DNA of 63,938 bases, the filler included, from Folioceros fuciformis (taxonomy: Eukaryota), in the NCBI GenBank assembly GCA_049999805.1. It is 11 parts of 11 records of this genome, joined end to end, with 100 filler letters (N's around TTAATTAATTAA, not from the genome) between each part and the next. Parts side by side here need not be neighbours in the genome. Positions count along the whole stretch, not along the records: positions 1 to 1,074 come from JBNGIO010002019.1; positions 1,175 to 6,160 come from JBNGIO010002020.1; positions 6,261 to 17,267 come from JBNGIO010002021.1; 8 more parts are not named here. One strand, 5' to 3'. Both the position numbers and the translations under genes were made by a program. Below, piece by piece: positions 1 to 12,800 of the stretch; position 1 is the stretch's first letter, and every line of letters begins with the position of its first letter. The notes under the pieces were generated by a model. The model did no database searches. It was not told where the DNA came from and saw only the letters and a program-made list of their open reading frames with translations.

Positions 1-579
1 TTACATCAGGAAAGTGATTGCAGCATGAGTGGTGGAAATTATCTACTGCCCAACAGAAGAGATGACAACTGATATCCTCACGAAAAGTCTTGGGCGCATC
101 AAACACTACTAGCACGCCGGCCTTGGACTTTGCACTGTAGGAGAACTCATCAAATGGAGCAGGGTGCCTGATCAGCAGCTCAACAGAGCTCGAGCGCAGC
201 CGCAAAGGGATTGGAGCGCAAGTGACTGAACGAAAGTTGAGAAGTCGGCCTGCCCTAGTTTCTGGATTTTTTGAGTCTAGGTTGCTCAAATCTCGTTAGC
301 AAGTTTACGTTTTTCTCTATGTCAAGTAGATATAGATAAGCAAACAATAAATGACATATATATACATATATAGTTAAATATGTGTAGATAGCCCTCTCAC
401 CTGAGTCGAAGTGTAGGTTAAATACATTAACTTACTTACAGGTTAAGGGCTAGACAGTTGGAAACCCTAACCATCGCCATGTCTTGGTGACGTGACCGAG
501 AACGCTGAACAACAACTTTTATTTTTCTCACACCGTGACACCCGTCTGATCCATCTCACTCACAAAGAGCTTATCGACA
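1..579 (+). mobile_element. 3' end of a degenerate Ty1/Copia retrotransposon (RNase H tail, candidate 3' LTR 412-579)
   Basis: Frame from nt 3 reads YIRKVIAA*VVEIIYCPTEEMTTDILTKSLGRIKHY*, matching the Copia RNase H C-terminus (ADILTK motif) with stops; TG...CA-bounded segment 412-579 follows. Confidence 0.6.
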
Positions 580-1074
580 AGCAAGCATGTTTTTCACATG
601 AAAGCACTAGGCCTGGTAGAGTTCTCTTCCTACTTGCTTGAACATTGCTTTTGGGAGAGTTGGTTGCCCTCGTGGGCTGTCCCCTACTGCTGGAACCCAT
701 TTGAGTGTTATTGGAGGTCCTAGCCATCGTTGATGGAATGAAACCCTAGGAACGCCAATTGCCCTTCTTTACACAAATTTATACCCCTACCTCCGTAGGC
801 GACTGCTTCTAGCTTGTGAATCTCTGTACAACTCATTTCATGCCCCTTTGCACCGTTCCTCCCTATAGCTCTCACCACAGCAAAGTCCTTTCTCTCGCTC
901 TGAGTACGCTTGGCCATAACAAGTAGTTCCTCGACATAGGTGTCTTGTTGCACTACTACTTCCTTCTTCTCTTCTATGTAGGTAGATGTAGTTCACTATG
1001 TGGAGGTGGGCACTCTTTGTTGATGGAACACCTTAGGTAGAGATCCTCCTTTAAATATCCTCTTGTCATATATA

Positions 1075-1174
1075 NNNNNNNNNNNNNNNNNNNNNNNNNN
1101 NNNNNNNNNNNNNNNNNNTTAATTAATTAANNNNNNNNNNNNNNNNNNNNNNNNNNNNNNNNNNNNNNNNNNNN
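1075..1174. other. Artificial contig spacer (also 6161-6260, 17268-17367, 19361-19460, 23562-23661, 27570-27669, 49539-49638, 52934-53033, 60357-60456, 62310-62409)
   Basis: Identical N44-TTAATTAATTAA-N44 block ten times; the core gives stop codons in all six frames. Confidence 0.98.
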
Positions 1175-1727
1175 TGTTTTAACGTTTCCTACTCATGTCG
1201 CCGCTGTGAGACGACAGGAGACGTGGAAAACGGCGGGAGAGGTGCGTACTGCAGACTTGCAAGGGGAACGGTGGAAGCGAGGAAGCGACCACGATCCTAA
1301 CGCGCAGCCACATTCGAGTGGCACATTGGTGTCACTCCGGTGCGGCGATGTTGATGCGAGGGGCCGTGTAGGACCTGCGCTTGCGGCATTTTCCTGCTTC
1401 ACTTGCGGCTTGTGGAGTTTGGAATCTGGTGCAAGGAGATTCCAGCTCTCAGGGTCAGCCTGTGGTGGAGACAACGGGGCTGTGTCCGTCCTTGGGAGAC
1501 CGTGAAAGAAGCGGGGCTTGGTGGGGGATGCTGGCCAGAGAGGTGCATTGGAAGCGGGGCAGGGCTCGGTGGCGGTGCGGGTGTAGGCTGGCTTGAAGTG
1601 GAGCTGCAGTTTAATGCACACTTCGCTCCGGAAGGGCAGCCCAGGCGGGCGTGGCCTTCCGTTGGCCAAGAGGTGGCAGGTGCGGGATAAGAAGGGCAAG
1701 GTGCCTTCGTCTCCCGAGCCCCAGGCA

Positions 1728-4700
1728 ATGGCTACCCCTGTCAGCGCGGAGGCTGTCGGGGATGCTCGCAGGGTGGAAAAGGACGTCGTGGAGCAGCAGG
1801 TCCTTATATCTTACTCGTTTTAGCTTTGATGGTGCTGAATCGCAGTCTCTGAAGTTTCTCTACTGTGTCTGCAGCTACAGAAGTCCGTGAAGGAAACGCA
1901 AGCTGACGTAGGTGAAGTGGAACAGGCTGCTGAGAGTCAGCTTGCTGAAGCCCGGGAGATACCAGTTGGTATTGGGAATAAGGCTCTTCTGGCAAGTTCG
2001 GAAGGTGATGCGCCAGCAGAAGCTAGTGAGAAACAGGCGGATGTTGACAGGAAGTTACAAGAGGTGAAGGCTCGTGAAGGTGCTCTGGAACGGCTCAAGA
2101 CTGAGTGAGTGTGTCCATGTGGTTTGGTCATGGATGGAAACAGTTGAACATTGTTCTTACAATTTGCAGAGTTCGTCTGCCGTGCTGTGATGAAAATAAA
2201 GAAAGTTTTTAGCAAGTGTGAGTTTTTGCAGGATGGAGGCACGCAGAGCAGAACTTGATCTTGAAAAGAAGGCGTTGAAAGAGTGGGAGAAGAAGTTGCA
2301 GGAAAGCCAGGAAAGATTGCTTGATGGGGAACGCCTCCTGGCTAGAACAGAGGAATTTGTCAATGAGAAAGATGTTTCGCTCAAACAGGTTGAGAAGGAT
2401 CTAGAGGAGTCTAGAAAGTTGCTGGAAAAGGAGCGGGTTGTGCTTCAGCAGACTGAGACGAGTTTGAGTGCGCAGCTTGCAGCAATCAACTTACGAGAGG
2501 AGGTAACGGCTCGATGGTGTTGGGGACTGCATTCGTGTTGATTATCGTGATGATATTTGCGTTATCTGGGGTGGGGTGCATTCCTCTCGGTTCTCACGAT
2601 AAGTTTTTTGTTATGGTGGGATTGTATGGGTATGTCCTGCTCCTCCTTTCGTGGTTGGCAGCCTGACGGGTTGGTAATGGATCTCTTTGCTGTACAGAAT
2701 GCAATTGAAAGGGAGATATCAATCAATAAGAAACAGCAGGAGCTGATTCTGTCTCAAGAGATGCTCTTCAGCCGTGAAAGGGTATGGTCCTTAATCAGTT
2801 TGATCATTAGTCTAGAACGATGCAAGACTCGGTTGTTGTGAGGAAGGCAAAATCAGGAGCATATAACCACTGATCCGTTTCTTGGCCGTCTAATGTTCAG
2901 GTACTTGAGCAACGTGAGAATCATTTGAGGGAGACTGAAGCCTTTATTGCGAAGGAGAGGGATCGCTTGGAAACCCTGGAGGAATCCTTGAAGTCAAGAC
3001 AGGAGAGTCTTGCTGAACAGCAAAAGGCGATGGTATTCATGTTGTCCTGCACTAGTTTTCGTTCACGATCCACCCCCTAGACATCCTTCGCTCATGCAAG
3101 TCTGTTTTGCAGGAAGCTGTGCGGAAAATTCTTGAAGATGATGACCTCGAGCTGCAGAAGAGAAAAGCAAAGTCTGATGAGATCTTGGGAGAGCTTGATG
3201 CTCGGCGCTTATCATTGAATCTGGAAAGCGAGAAGATCCAAGAGACCAGTAAATCTTTGGAGGAAAGAGAGGCCACACTGGAGCAGACTGCCCAGGCAAT
3301 CCGCAATCGGGAAATCCTTGTCAATGAGAAAGTTGACAGTCTTGTTCTGAGAGAGAAGGATGTGGAGAACAAGCTTTTTGAAATCGCTGACAGGGAGCAG
3401 GAAATCAAGGATTCAGAGTTGCAGTTCCAAGAAGAGAAACGTCTTATTGAACTTGACAAACAAGAGGCCAGAAAAGGGAAAGATGAAGTTTTTGGCATGA
3501 TGAAAGAGTTGGAGATCGAGAGGCAGCAGATTGAGGAGGAGAGAGAGAAGCTGAAAGCAATTGAGGAGGATAGAGTGGAGTTGCTGAGAATACAGACTCA
3601 GCTGAAAGAAGAGATTGACTCTTACAGGGCCAGTAAGCAAGAGGTAAGTGTACAATTAGAAGCATTGATGAAGGACAAGAAGGAATTTGAGAGAAAGTGG
3701 GAAATACTGGACCGGAAGAACGAAGAATTGAGGACAGAAGTGGAACGCTTTCAGCAGGAAAGTAGGGGGAAAAGCGAGTGGTTCCAAGTGGAAGAGGAAA
3801 GACTGAAGAATGAGAGAAGGGAGCTGCAAGAGGAGTTTCGGAGGAACTCTGAGGCGCTTCGGTTGGAGAGAGAAGCGTTTCTTGGCAGCAGTGAAGAAGA
3901 AAGATCCAAATTGTACCATGACATCCAGAAGGAGCGAGAAGAGTTGGTCAAGGATATTGACTTGAGGACTGCAGAACTTGAACGGAGAATTGAGAAGGAA
4001 AGAGAATTTTCCAGGAAAGTTGCTGATGACAAGGAATCCGGTTATGCGAAAGAGGTTGAAAGGCAAAAGGACCAGATTACTGCAGCTCGGCAGGCCCTCC
4101 AGAAGGAATTGGAGGAAGTTGAGGTAGAGAGAGAGAAGCTATCGAGGGAGAGAGTGGTAATGCTGAAGCAGCGTGAAGAGGCAGAACGTGAATGGAAAGA
4201 GATTCGCAAGGACATAGTCGAATTACAAGTGCAAGGAGAAAAGCTGAAGGAGCAACGGGAAGGTCTGAGGACTGAAAGAGAGGAAATCCTTCGGCAGGCT
4301 GCGAGGCTCAAAATATTGCGAGATGAGTTCAGAGATGGTGAAAGTAGCCTCATGGGGTCTGAGATGAGGGTTTTGCCCAATTGTAAGAACGATGGAGAAG
4401 TTCGATCTTCCAACGATCAGATTGAATTGGATGTAGGGCCAGGGACTGTGACTGTGCCCGATGTTGTTGAAAGGACTCCTGAGAGGCTAGCTAGTTTCTC
4501 ACCAGGTGCTGGTTTTGCATGGTTACAAAAGTGTTTTTCGAGGCCAGCCCAGGCAGGTGATAGCAGGGCGAGGCAAGAAATCTTTCCAGGTATTCCAGCT
4601 GGACAAGCTGATATTACCGGCACGCCTGAAACTGGAGGGTCTCAGAATGCGGTGGAGTCAGCCAGTAAATCAAAAGGGACAAGGCGAGGGCCGCAGCGAG

Positions 4701-6008
4701 CTGGGAGTTTCAACAACTCCCAGCTAGCACAAGTTACTGGGACAGAGGATGCAGGTGGGAAAAGTAGGGGCAGGATAAAAAGAACTCGATCCATCAAAGC
4801 TGTGGTTGAGGATGCCAAGTTGATTCTTGAGGAAAGGAAATCTCGCGATGAGGCTATAGATCTAGGTGAGGAAGGAGCAGAGGAATCTTTGCAGCACAAA
4901 ACCGTTCATCTGTCACAAGCTGTGGAGAGCCCAGAACAATCTCAGCAGCAGAGTGATGCGGATTTTGGCAAGGCAATCAAAAGTGGCAGAAAAAGAAGTC
5001 GCCAGCAGTCGATTTCGAATGAACATGAGTCCGACTACTACGACTCAGCGTCCCAACTAGCAGGAGGCGGAAAGCGAAAGAAGCGTCAAGGTGAAAGTGG
5101 AGCAAACGGAGATTCAGGAACACGGCGATATAATTTAAGGCACTCAACCATGTACGTTAATGGGGGTAATGACGAGGCTTTTGACTTTATTGTTCGTCAT
5201 GTCCATATTATAACCGGTCCATCCTTTGCGGGTGGTGGTGTATGCAGTGTAAGTGCGCAGGTGGCACACAAGTTGCCAGACAAGACCAATGCTAATGTGG
5301 AGAAGGTTCATGTTGTCTCCGAAGCAGACGCATCCCTTCCGGTAGTTCACGGGGATATTGGACGGGAGGTTGCTGCAGTAAGTGTGCTAATCCGCAAATC
5401 GGTTGGAACGGTGGTTATAACAGCAGTCAGCTAAAGTGTGGCACCTGTTGCAGGCTGAGGCTGTCATCGCACAGATCCAGCAAGAAGTAGCGAAGCAGGC
5501 TCTTCCCTCATCCTTGGTAGCGCTGCCTGATGATGGGCTTAATGATGCCATCGGGTCTGCTCAAGATTCTGCCCTTAAGGTCAAGGAAAGGAGAGTCTTA
5601 CGTGTTGAGCTACAACATGCGCGTGGTGCTGAAGAGTTACGCTTGGGGGTGCATGACCATGAGGAGCAGGATCAAAGGGTTTGCAATGTTGAGGAGGCTG
5701 AAGATGTCGCAGAAAACGGTGCGGATGAAGATGGCGCAAGCGTTGCAGCTCGTGTTAGCAAAAGGGATGTAGGTTATGAGCTGTACGGCAACAACGGTCA
5801 TGGTGAAGAGCAGAAACAAGCATCGGAGGATGAGGAAAATCTAGATGAACTACAGGGTGACGATGATGGGAACGTGGCTGAGGGGGAAGATGAGGATGAA
5901 GGGGGTGAAGCAGGGGATTCCGATGACTCTGAGGAATCTGAAGGGTCCGAAGAATCTGATGAGTCGAAGCCACTTAGGAAGAAGATCTGGGATTTTCTCA
6001 CGACTTAA
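1728..6008 (+). CDS. NMCP1: Nuclear matrix constituent protein 1 / CRWN-LINC plant lamina coiled-coil protein; exons 1728-1799, 1875-2104, 2232-2502, 2698-2781, 2901-3032, 3113-5151, 5248-5377, 5454-6008 (start uncertain)
   Basis: Long E/K/R coiled coil; NMCP1 motifs WLQKCFS, RTRSIKAVVEDAK, RRYNLRHST, acidic tract and terminal KKIWDFLTT; phase-consistent GT-AG introns. Confidence 0.92.
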
Positions 6009-6260
6009 CCACGCGATAGTGGGAGACAATTCTGGGATTTTGGGTCTTCCCGACTGTAATTGTGCTTTAGGTTTAAGTCGCCTTCCCTTTGTAACTCCGT
6101 TATTCAACTTTTTTATTGATCTAAAGAACACCTGCGATATTTCCATGTTTTATTTACCACNNNNNNNNNNNNNNNNNNNNNNNNNNNNNNNNNNNNNNNN
6201 NNNNTTAATTAATTAANNNNNNNNNNNNNNNNNNNNNNNNNNNNNNNNNNNNNNNNNNNN

Positions 6261-6597
6261 GTGTTGGTGCTGGAGCGAGAGAGTGAGTGAAGTGAGTGAA
6301 GGAAGTCGCAGATCTGAGAGGTTAGAGTCGTTGTAGTGACTGGAGTGAGTTTGTGGGCACCGAGAGAGGTGCAGCTGACCGCCGGACAGCGAGGCCTGTC
6401 CTACTCCTGATCGGAGCTAGAGGGGAGCCCTCGAATCCATCATCGAGTTGATCAAGTCCGACCCTCCATCCACAGCAGCAAGGAACCCCATCGCTCCTTC
6501 GTGGGAACGAAACCCAATGTCTCAACGACAGTGGGATAAGTGTGGCCACTAAAGGTGGAACCCATTGGCAATCAGTGCCCGGGGTTTTGCCTCCACA
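6261..6597 (-). mobile_element. LTR-like insertion truncating the neighbouring Copia integrase
   Basis: Integrase homology of ORF 6322-6930 stops at FELFKEW, where a TG-starting non-coding sequence (TGTGGAGG, minus strand) begins. Confidence 0.5.
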
Positions 6598-8948
6598 CCA
6601 CTCTTTGAAGAGTTCAAAGGTATCACTTTTCCGCTGCATGGGAAAGGTCCAACTATATCGACTGAAATTGTTCGTCAAGGTAAGATAATAGTTGGAGCCG
6701 CCTATGGAGGGGACCTGTATCCTTCGAGATATGTCAGCATGGACGAGGTCCAATACAGAGGTAGCCCTATATGCTGGAGTGGGAGGGAAAGGTTTTTCCT
6801 TTTGCTTCGCAAGTATGCACACTTCGTAGGATGATAGTTCCTTGAAACAACGGGGAAATGGTTCCCTATAACATTGCTTCGCAGACATATCAAACCAACT
6901 TCTGCCTGTTGGGATGCCCAAGTCTTGCATGCCATAAGAAAGCCAGTTGCTTGGTGTTCATGTTGGCTAACCCAGTGCTGTGAATTGTGGTAGTTATCAT
7001 GGGTAACAGATCAAGGCGGTACAAGTCATTATCAAGTAGGCCCTTGAAAATGCAGATATTTGGAGACGTTTTCCTATGGAAGCTGCACATATCACCAGTG
7101 GCCTTCATCTCGAAGGTCTTGAGCTTCAATAGTTGGCTCATGGACAATAAGTTCTTTGCCATGGCTGGTACAAACAGGACGTGTTCCAGAATAAGATTTG
7201 AACCATCCTTTAGTTGGAAAGTGACTTTGCCTTGTCCTTTGACTTGCAGGCTACTGTCATGCTGTTTGTCTCCAAGGAGAACTTTGTCGCTCTCACATCA
7301 CAAGTTCAAACAGGTGAATTGATTCTTGTTTCGACAAATATGAGCTGTGGCACCTGAATCTAGGTACCAACTCTTATTGTCCTGAGGAGAGCTAGTCAGG
7401 CATATGGTAAGTATCTTAACTACGTCCTTAGAATCACTGGGTTTGTCCTTAACGACACTAGCAGAATTCTTGGGAGTTCTTTGTGGTTCACCAGCCTTCT
7501 TCTTTTTACATTCGCGAGCCCAATGGCCGGAAATACCACACCAATTGCAACTACCAGTTCTTATAGTTGGGTTAGAAGAGCTGGGGGTCTGGGTGTTTGG
7601 GGGTTTACCCTTATGTCTCTTGGGTGTGTGCCTTGCAGACAAAATTTTATCTCCTCTGGATCGCGAGCCTCCAGCTGAGTTGTTTGTGGTTTGTTCTTCC
7701 TGAAACAGGGCACCCACAAGGATGTCGACTGTATAGGTTGAAGTCCGTCTAGCTGAGGCCGTCAGGTATGGGGTATTCTGCGTGGTGATGAAGCCTTGAT
7801 ACGAGGGTGGCAACGTTGTGAGGAGGTGAGCTGCCGCATCTAGTTCGTCCATTTTTGTACCCATGCTCAGAAGCTGAGATCTGAGTTGATGAAATTTGCT
7901 AACGTGGGTGGCTATTTTCTCCCCCTCCCTCATCTTCAACGTATAGAATTCCTGCCTTATGGCACAAAGTGACATCAAATTATTAACTTGGTATGTGCTG
8001 GCAAGCTAATCCCAAACTTGATGTGTGCACGTGTCAGGAACTCCACAGTGGGTACAAGGTCTTCATCCATACCGTTGATAAGGAAGGCTAATGCTATAGA
8101 GTTGAGAGACAGCCAACGCTCCACTACGTGAGCAGGTGGTGGTGGCGTGCTGTTTGGGTCCGGTTCTGGCACTGATTGGTCCACAACTCCCCATACTCCT
8201 CGGGCTTTGAGAGCAGACCGCATGCGCAGCTTCCAAACTGGATACTTGGTGCCATTAAATCGGTCTTTCTCTTTCATATTTGAGGTAAAGGTGGGGACGG
8301 GTGCAGATTGTTGCCAAACCTGAGGTGTGAGAGGAGGTGGTGGTGGTACAGTGCCCATTGTTGATACTAAGGTAAGTGCTTGTAACTGTGCTGCAAGTTG
8401 ATCTTCAATGGTTTCTAGGAGATCGTCATGATCTGTATCCGAATGGCTAAGATGTGCTATATCACCACTACCTTGTGACGACGTAGAGCTATCTGGCATA
8501 CGCAAGAGCCTCCTCTTGGAAGGTTATGACCTTGAGAAAGGCAAGAGGTATGAAGTTTGCTACCTAACATCCTCAGCTGTTATCTAACCAAATGTAATGC
8601 AGGGGAGGGGTATGTCCGAGCACATAGGGAGGACCAAGCAATGTGAGATTGATGGGTTCTTTGTGTGTGGTTTGACAAATTCGTCCCTTGCACTGTAATT
8701 TGTTTCTTTACTCTCTTTTATTTTGTATGTGAGGGTTGTCAGTTGGTGGTATCCCCTATCAACCGACAAGTAGTGCCTTACCTGACGAAGCGTGATGTCT
8801 CTGACCTCAGGAGGTGTTGTAGATTGAGAAACGTGCCACTCGGCCAGGTGTCAGCTTAGGTCGAAGAGTCGCGGGGGCACACGCGACACTTTGCACCTCG
8901 CAGCTCTCAAGTAGCGGAAGGTGCGTGATTGGGAAAAACTGTAGCCTG

Positions 8949-9518
8949 CTAGATGCTGGGGGCAGCAATCTCCAACCTCTGCAGGTAATCAGTGATTTCC
9001 TTGATCTTCGATGTAAATTTCTCAGTGAGAACATCAAAGCTTGCCAAGGTTTGCAAATTGTTGACAAGGAGTCTCGCCAGAGAATTGATCGCGGTAAGGA
9101 TCTCTTTGAGAGTTGCGTCCAGTCGGTTGGAGGCAACTTCACTGTGGGTATCTCTAGAGGTGTCTTCCCTCGAAGAAGAGTCGGAATCGAGGAGACGGTG
9201 CGGTCTTGGTGGTCTGCGGGCTCGCCACTGTCTCCTGCCCCTCCTCCGGTCCCCGTAATATCAGTCCTGAGGTTGGGGGTCTTCAATATGAGAATTGGAG
9301 ATTTGGTAATCCCAGTATTGAAGTGCGCGAAGTAGTTCAGCATGCTCCCTATCTCTGGACCAATTCAAATTGTGGAGCCCGGTCCTTCTTGAAATGGATT
9401 GAGCTGTGGCGCTCAATTCGGCTGTCGGCGTAGCTGCCCTAGGAGTCTGCTGCAAGTTGTTGCATCTGCAAAAATGTGAGCCATTCCCCTGACCGGCAGA
9501 TCCACCACGCCGAGGCAT
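8949..9518 (-). pseudogene. Accessory ORF upstream of Copia gag (190 codons, one internal TGA at 9263-9261)
   Basis: ATG ~37 nt after the PBS; reading through one TGA the same frame gives an Arg-rich, then Ser/Asp-rich, then helical segment (LDATLKEILTAINSLARLLVNNLQTLASFDVLTEKFTSKIKEITDYLQRLE). Confidence 0.55.
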
Positions 9519-9554
9519 AGTTAGGTGGTAGAGGGAAGCATCAGAACCATAGAG

Positions 9555-9566
9555 GCTCTGATACCA
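9555..9566 (-). promoter_or_regulatory. Primer-binding site complementary to tRNA-iMet
   Basis: gctctgatacca = reverse complement of TGGTATCAGAGC, directly abutting a TG/CA LTR end. Confidence 0.9.
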
Positions 9567-9827
9567 TGTGAATTCTATAGTAGCAGAGGGTGAGAGCTGG
9601 GAGAGCGGATGACCCCTTGCTCATTTGGAATATCAAAGAAGTAAATTAAATATAATGGGCAAAAAAATGTGTTTAAAGTATAGTATGTTATTTAACCCTA
9701 ACTAGTTAATTAGGTTGACCGGGTTATGGTTACCCTTTCAACACCTACTGCAACTTAACATGGAACAGTGGAGTAAGTCTTATCTGACCTGGTTGTTGGT
9801 TGATGTTTTTGCCTCTATGCTTATTGG

Positions 9828-12800
9828 ATGGATGAGGATGACTTAGATCTTGATTCCTTGTCCAAGTCCTTAGCCCGCCTAGTCTTAGCATCAGGTTTTG
9901 TTGAGGATGTAGGCTTTGTTACAAGTCCTTCACAAGTCACAGTGGCAAGTCAGTCATCACAACCTCAGTTAGCTGCAGCCATGGTTGGCACATCTGTGTC
10001 TTCTCTTGCTCCCGATGTTGTTCCTAGCGGTTATGGAGGAGAATTCAAAGAGAAGGATTGGTTTGATGGAAAACCAACCAGATATGAGGGTTGGCAAGCT
10101 CGGATGAAGGCCTACCTAGATGCGCAAGATGTGTGAAAGTATGTTAATGGTACTTTGCCTGATCCTCGCAAGATTCCAGCAACAGCCACAATCCAACCAA
10201 CTGCTGATGAGATTGCTATGTGGAACAAAGGCAATAAAATTACTTTTGCTATTCTTCTATCTGGCCTGAATGAAGCCACGGTGGCAGAAGTTGAATACTT
10301 AGAGTTTGCAGCAGCAGTGTGGAATCAGCTCAAAGAAACTTACCAGGTGCAGAATATCCTTACTCTTGTTGCTGCTAGGAACGGATTTCACTCTTTGAGG
10401 ATGAAGGAAGGTGATTATGTTGCTATACGTATTAGTCACTTCAGGGTGTTAAGAGCTTAACTAGCTTCATTGGGCAATATACTTACTAAGAACGAGGCTG
10501 TTGCTCGGTTGTTGTCCAGCCTTCCTCCCTCCTACCAGAGTTTTGTTTCAACCCAGAATGCTACCTTGAGATTTTATGTAGCTGCTGTTTCTGCTAGGCA
10601 GGTACAAACACTGACATTAAGCAAGCTGACTAGTGCACTCTTTCAAGAAGAACAATCCCCCCATAGAATTGGGGGACAGCATCAAAAAGCCAGGAGTGAG
10701 AGGGTGTTAGTTGTTGCCAGAGGGAAACCATTTATGGAGGGAAAAGGAAAGGAGGGTCCTGGTGTTACAAGAGCTTCGACTTCCAAGAAACAAGGAAATT
10801 GTCATTGGTGTCAGCTGCATGGACATTGGGAGAGAGAGACTGTTGTAAAAAGAAAGCTGGAGAGCCGAAGAAGGAGGTTTGGCCAGAGGCTCATGTCGTT
10901 GTGAAGGACAAGGGCTCTACAACCTCTTCTCGCAAGAGCAGCTCCAATGTTCTTACAGTTTGCTTCATGTCCACCAGGGATTCTTCTTCTGCTTGGTTCA
11001 TAGATTCAGGTGCTACATCACATGTGTGCAATAATCAGAGTCTATTCACCACCTTCACATCACAAACATCACCTCAGTTAGTGTATGTGGGGGATGCGAG
11101 AGGTGTAGCTGTCAAGGGTTCTAGTATAGTTACCATTTCATTGTTGGAAGGTGAGGATATACAGCTTGAAGGTGTTTTGTATGTACCTGCTATGTCCAAG
11201 AACCTTCTATCTGTTAGAACAGCTACGAAATTAGGCCGCTATGGTTTTACCTTTGAGCGGGGCAGTTGCTGCATTTACAGACTGTCAGCTCCTGGACTTT
11301 GCATAGCACGAGGAGAGGTTGTGGATGACTTGTATAGGTTGCATGTCAGTCCTTCTTCTACCGTGGTGTATGCCTTGTCATCTTCCTCCAAAGCAAATCT
11401 ATGGCATGCCAAGGTAGGACATGTCAACAAGGAAAAGCTCAACTTGATGGCTTCTTTAAATAGCTTCAGGGAGAAACTACCTACTTGTTTTAAGAATCTA
11501 CCAATGTGCAGGTCTTGTGTTCTTTCCAAGCAAAAGGAGTAACCTTTTAAGAACAAGCAAGCACAAAGGGCAAAGTCAGTTTTGGAACTTGTTCATGTTG
11601 ACATTGCTAGAAAGCTTTCAGTCGGATCCTTGGGTGGTGCTGAATATTATCTTACCTTGACTGTGACCTCTCTCGATATTCTTGGGTGTTCCTAATCAGA
11701 CTTAAGAGTGATGCCTTTGAGTGTATTGAGTCTTGGATTTCTTTGGCTCAAAGAAAAGACTAGAAAGCTCATCAAATGTCTTCGAACGGATCATGGTGGA
11801 GAGTTTTCAGGCCACAAATATGATGATATGCTTTAGTCACAAGGCATTATACATCAATATTCCGTACCATACACTCAACAACATAATGGAGTTGCAGAAA
11901 GAAAGAATCAAACTTTAATGGGGATGACAAGAAGTATGCTCAATTGGGCTGGCTTACCAAAGAGGTTTTGGGCAGAAGCAATTTCCTCAGCAGCTTATAC
12001 CCTGAATCGTGTGCTTACAGAAGTAGTTCCTAGAAAAACCCCTTATGAAGTGTTCTAGAAGAAGAAACCAAGTCTTCTGCATCTCAGGGTCTTCGGTTCC
12101 TTGGCATATGCATATGTTCCTAAGCCACGCTATTGTAAGCTTGATGATAGGGCAAAACCATATATTGTTCTAGGATATTTAGAAACTTCCAAAGCTTACA
12201 GGTTGTTTGATTCACTTACTCAAAGAGTGGTGTTGGCGAGGAGTGTGGTGTTTGATGAACCTATTTCTCCTCGTTCAAGTCTTTCTTCAGACCAACTTGC
12301 TTTAGTGGGGGTTAATCCAGATTCTGTCACTGTGCCTGTTGAAGATAATTTCACTCCTGTTAGTTCATAGACTAAATTTCAACACTTGGCTTATGTGGAA
12401 TATCTTAGTTCTGATGGCGAGTCTGTTGCTGAATTACCTGGACTTGAGGATGCACTAGGTGTGGAGCAAGATGATCTTCCTACACCTGTTGATCACTTGG
12501 ATGCTGATCCTACTCTAGTTGCACCTATCCTTTCTAATGATGAGCTAAATGAGGACCTGGATGCTTTAGAAAGTTCTTCTTCTAGTCATGAAGACCAGGC
12601 AGATTCTGAGCCTCCAGATGTAGTCTTAGTTCAACCTAAACCTAGGTATCCTACACGTGACAGGCGCCCTAGGGAACAATGGTATGAACCTCCATATCAG
12701 TTAATTGATTTTCGCCGCCCTCAAGCTCATGTTGTAGATTTGAGTGTACCTGAGTACGACCAAATCCCCAATCTTATGTTGAAGCATTTCATGGTCCTGA

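Larger units (their letters stand above)
6598..9743 (-). mobile_element. Ty1/Copia element, 5' half: short 5' LTR (~9567-9743), PBS, extra ORF, frameshifted gag-protease-integrase
   Basis: PBS TGGTATCAGAGC at 9566-9555; gag KEKDRFNG..WKLRM; zinc knuckle CNWCGISGHWAREC; protease WYLDSGAT; LWHARLGH; LDLVHADI. Confidence 0.92.

Noticed and set aside
720-953. 77-aa minus-strand ORF
   Set aside because: Lies in LTR-like sequence with a TATAAAT box; no protein motif
1119-1130. Recurring TTAATTAATTAA palindrome
   Set aside because: Always centred in 100-nt N blocks; assembly spacer, so adjacency across it is not guaranteed
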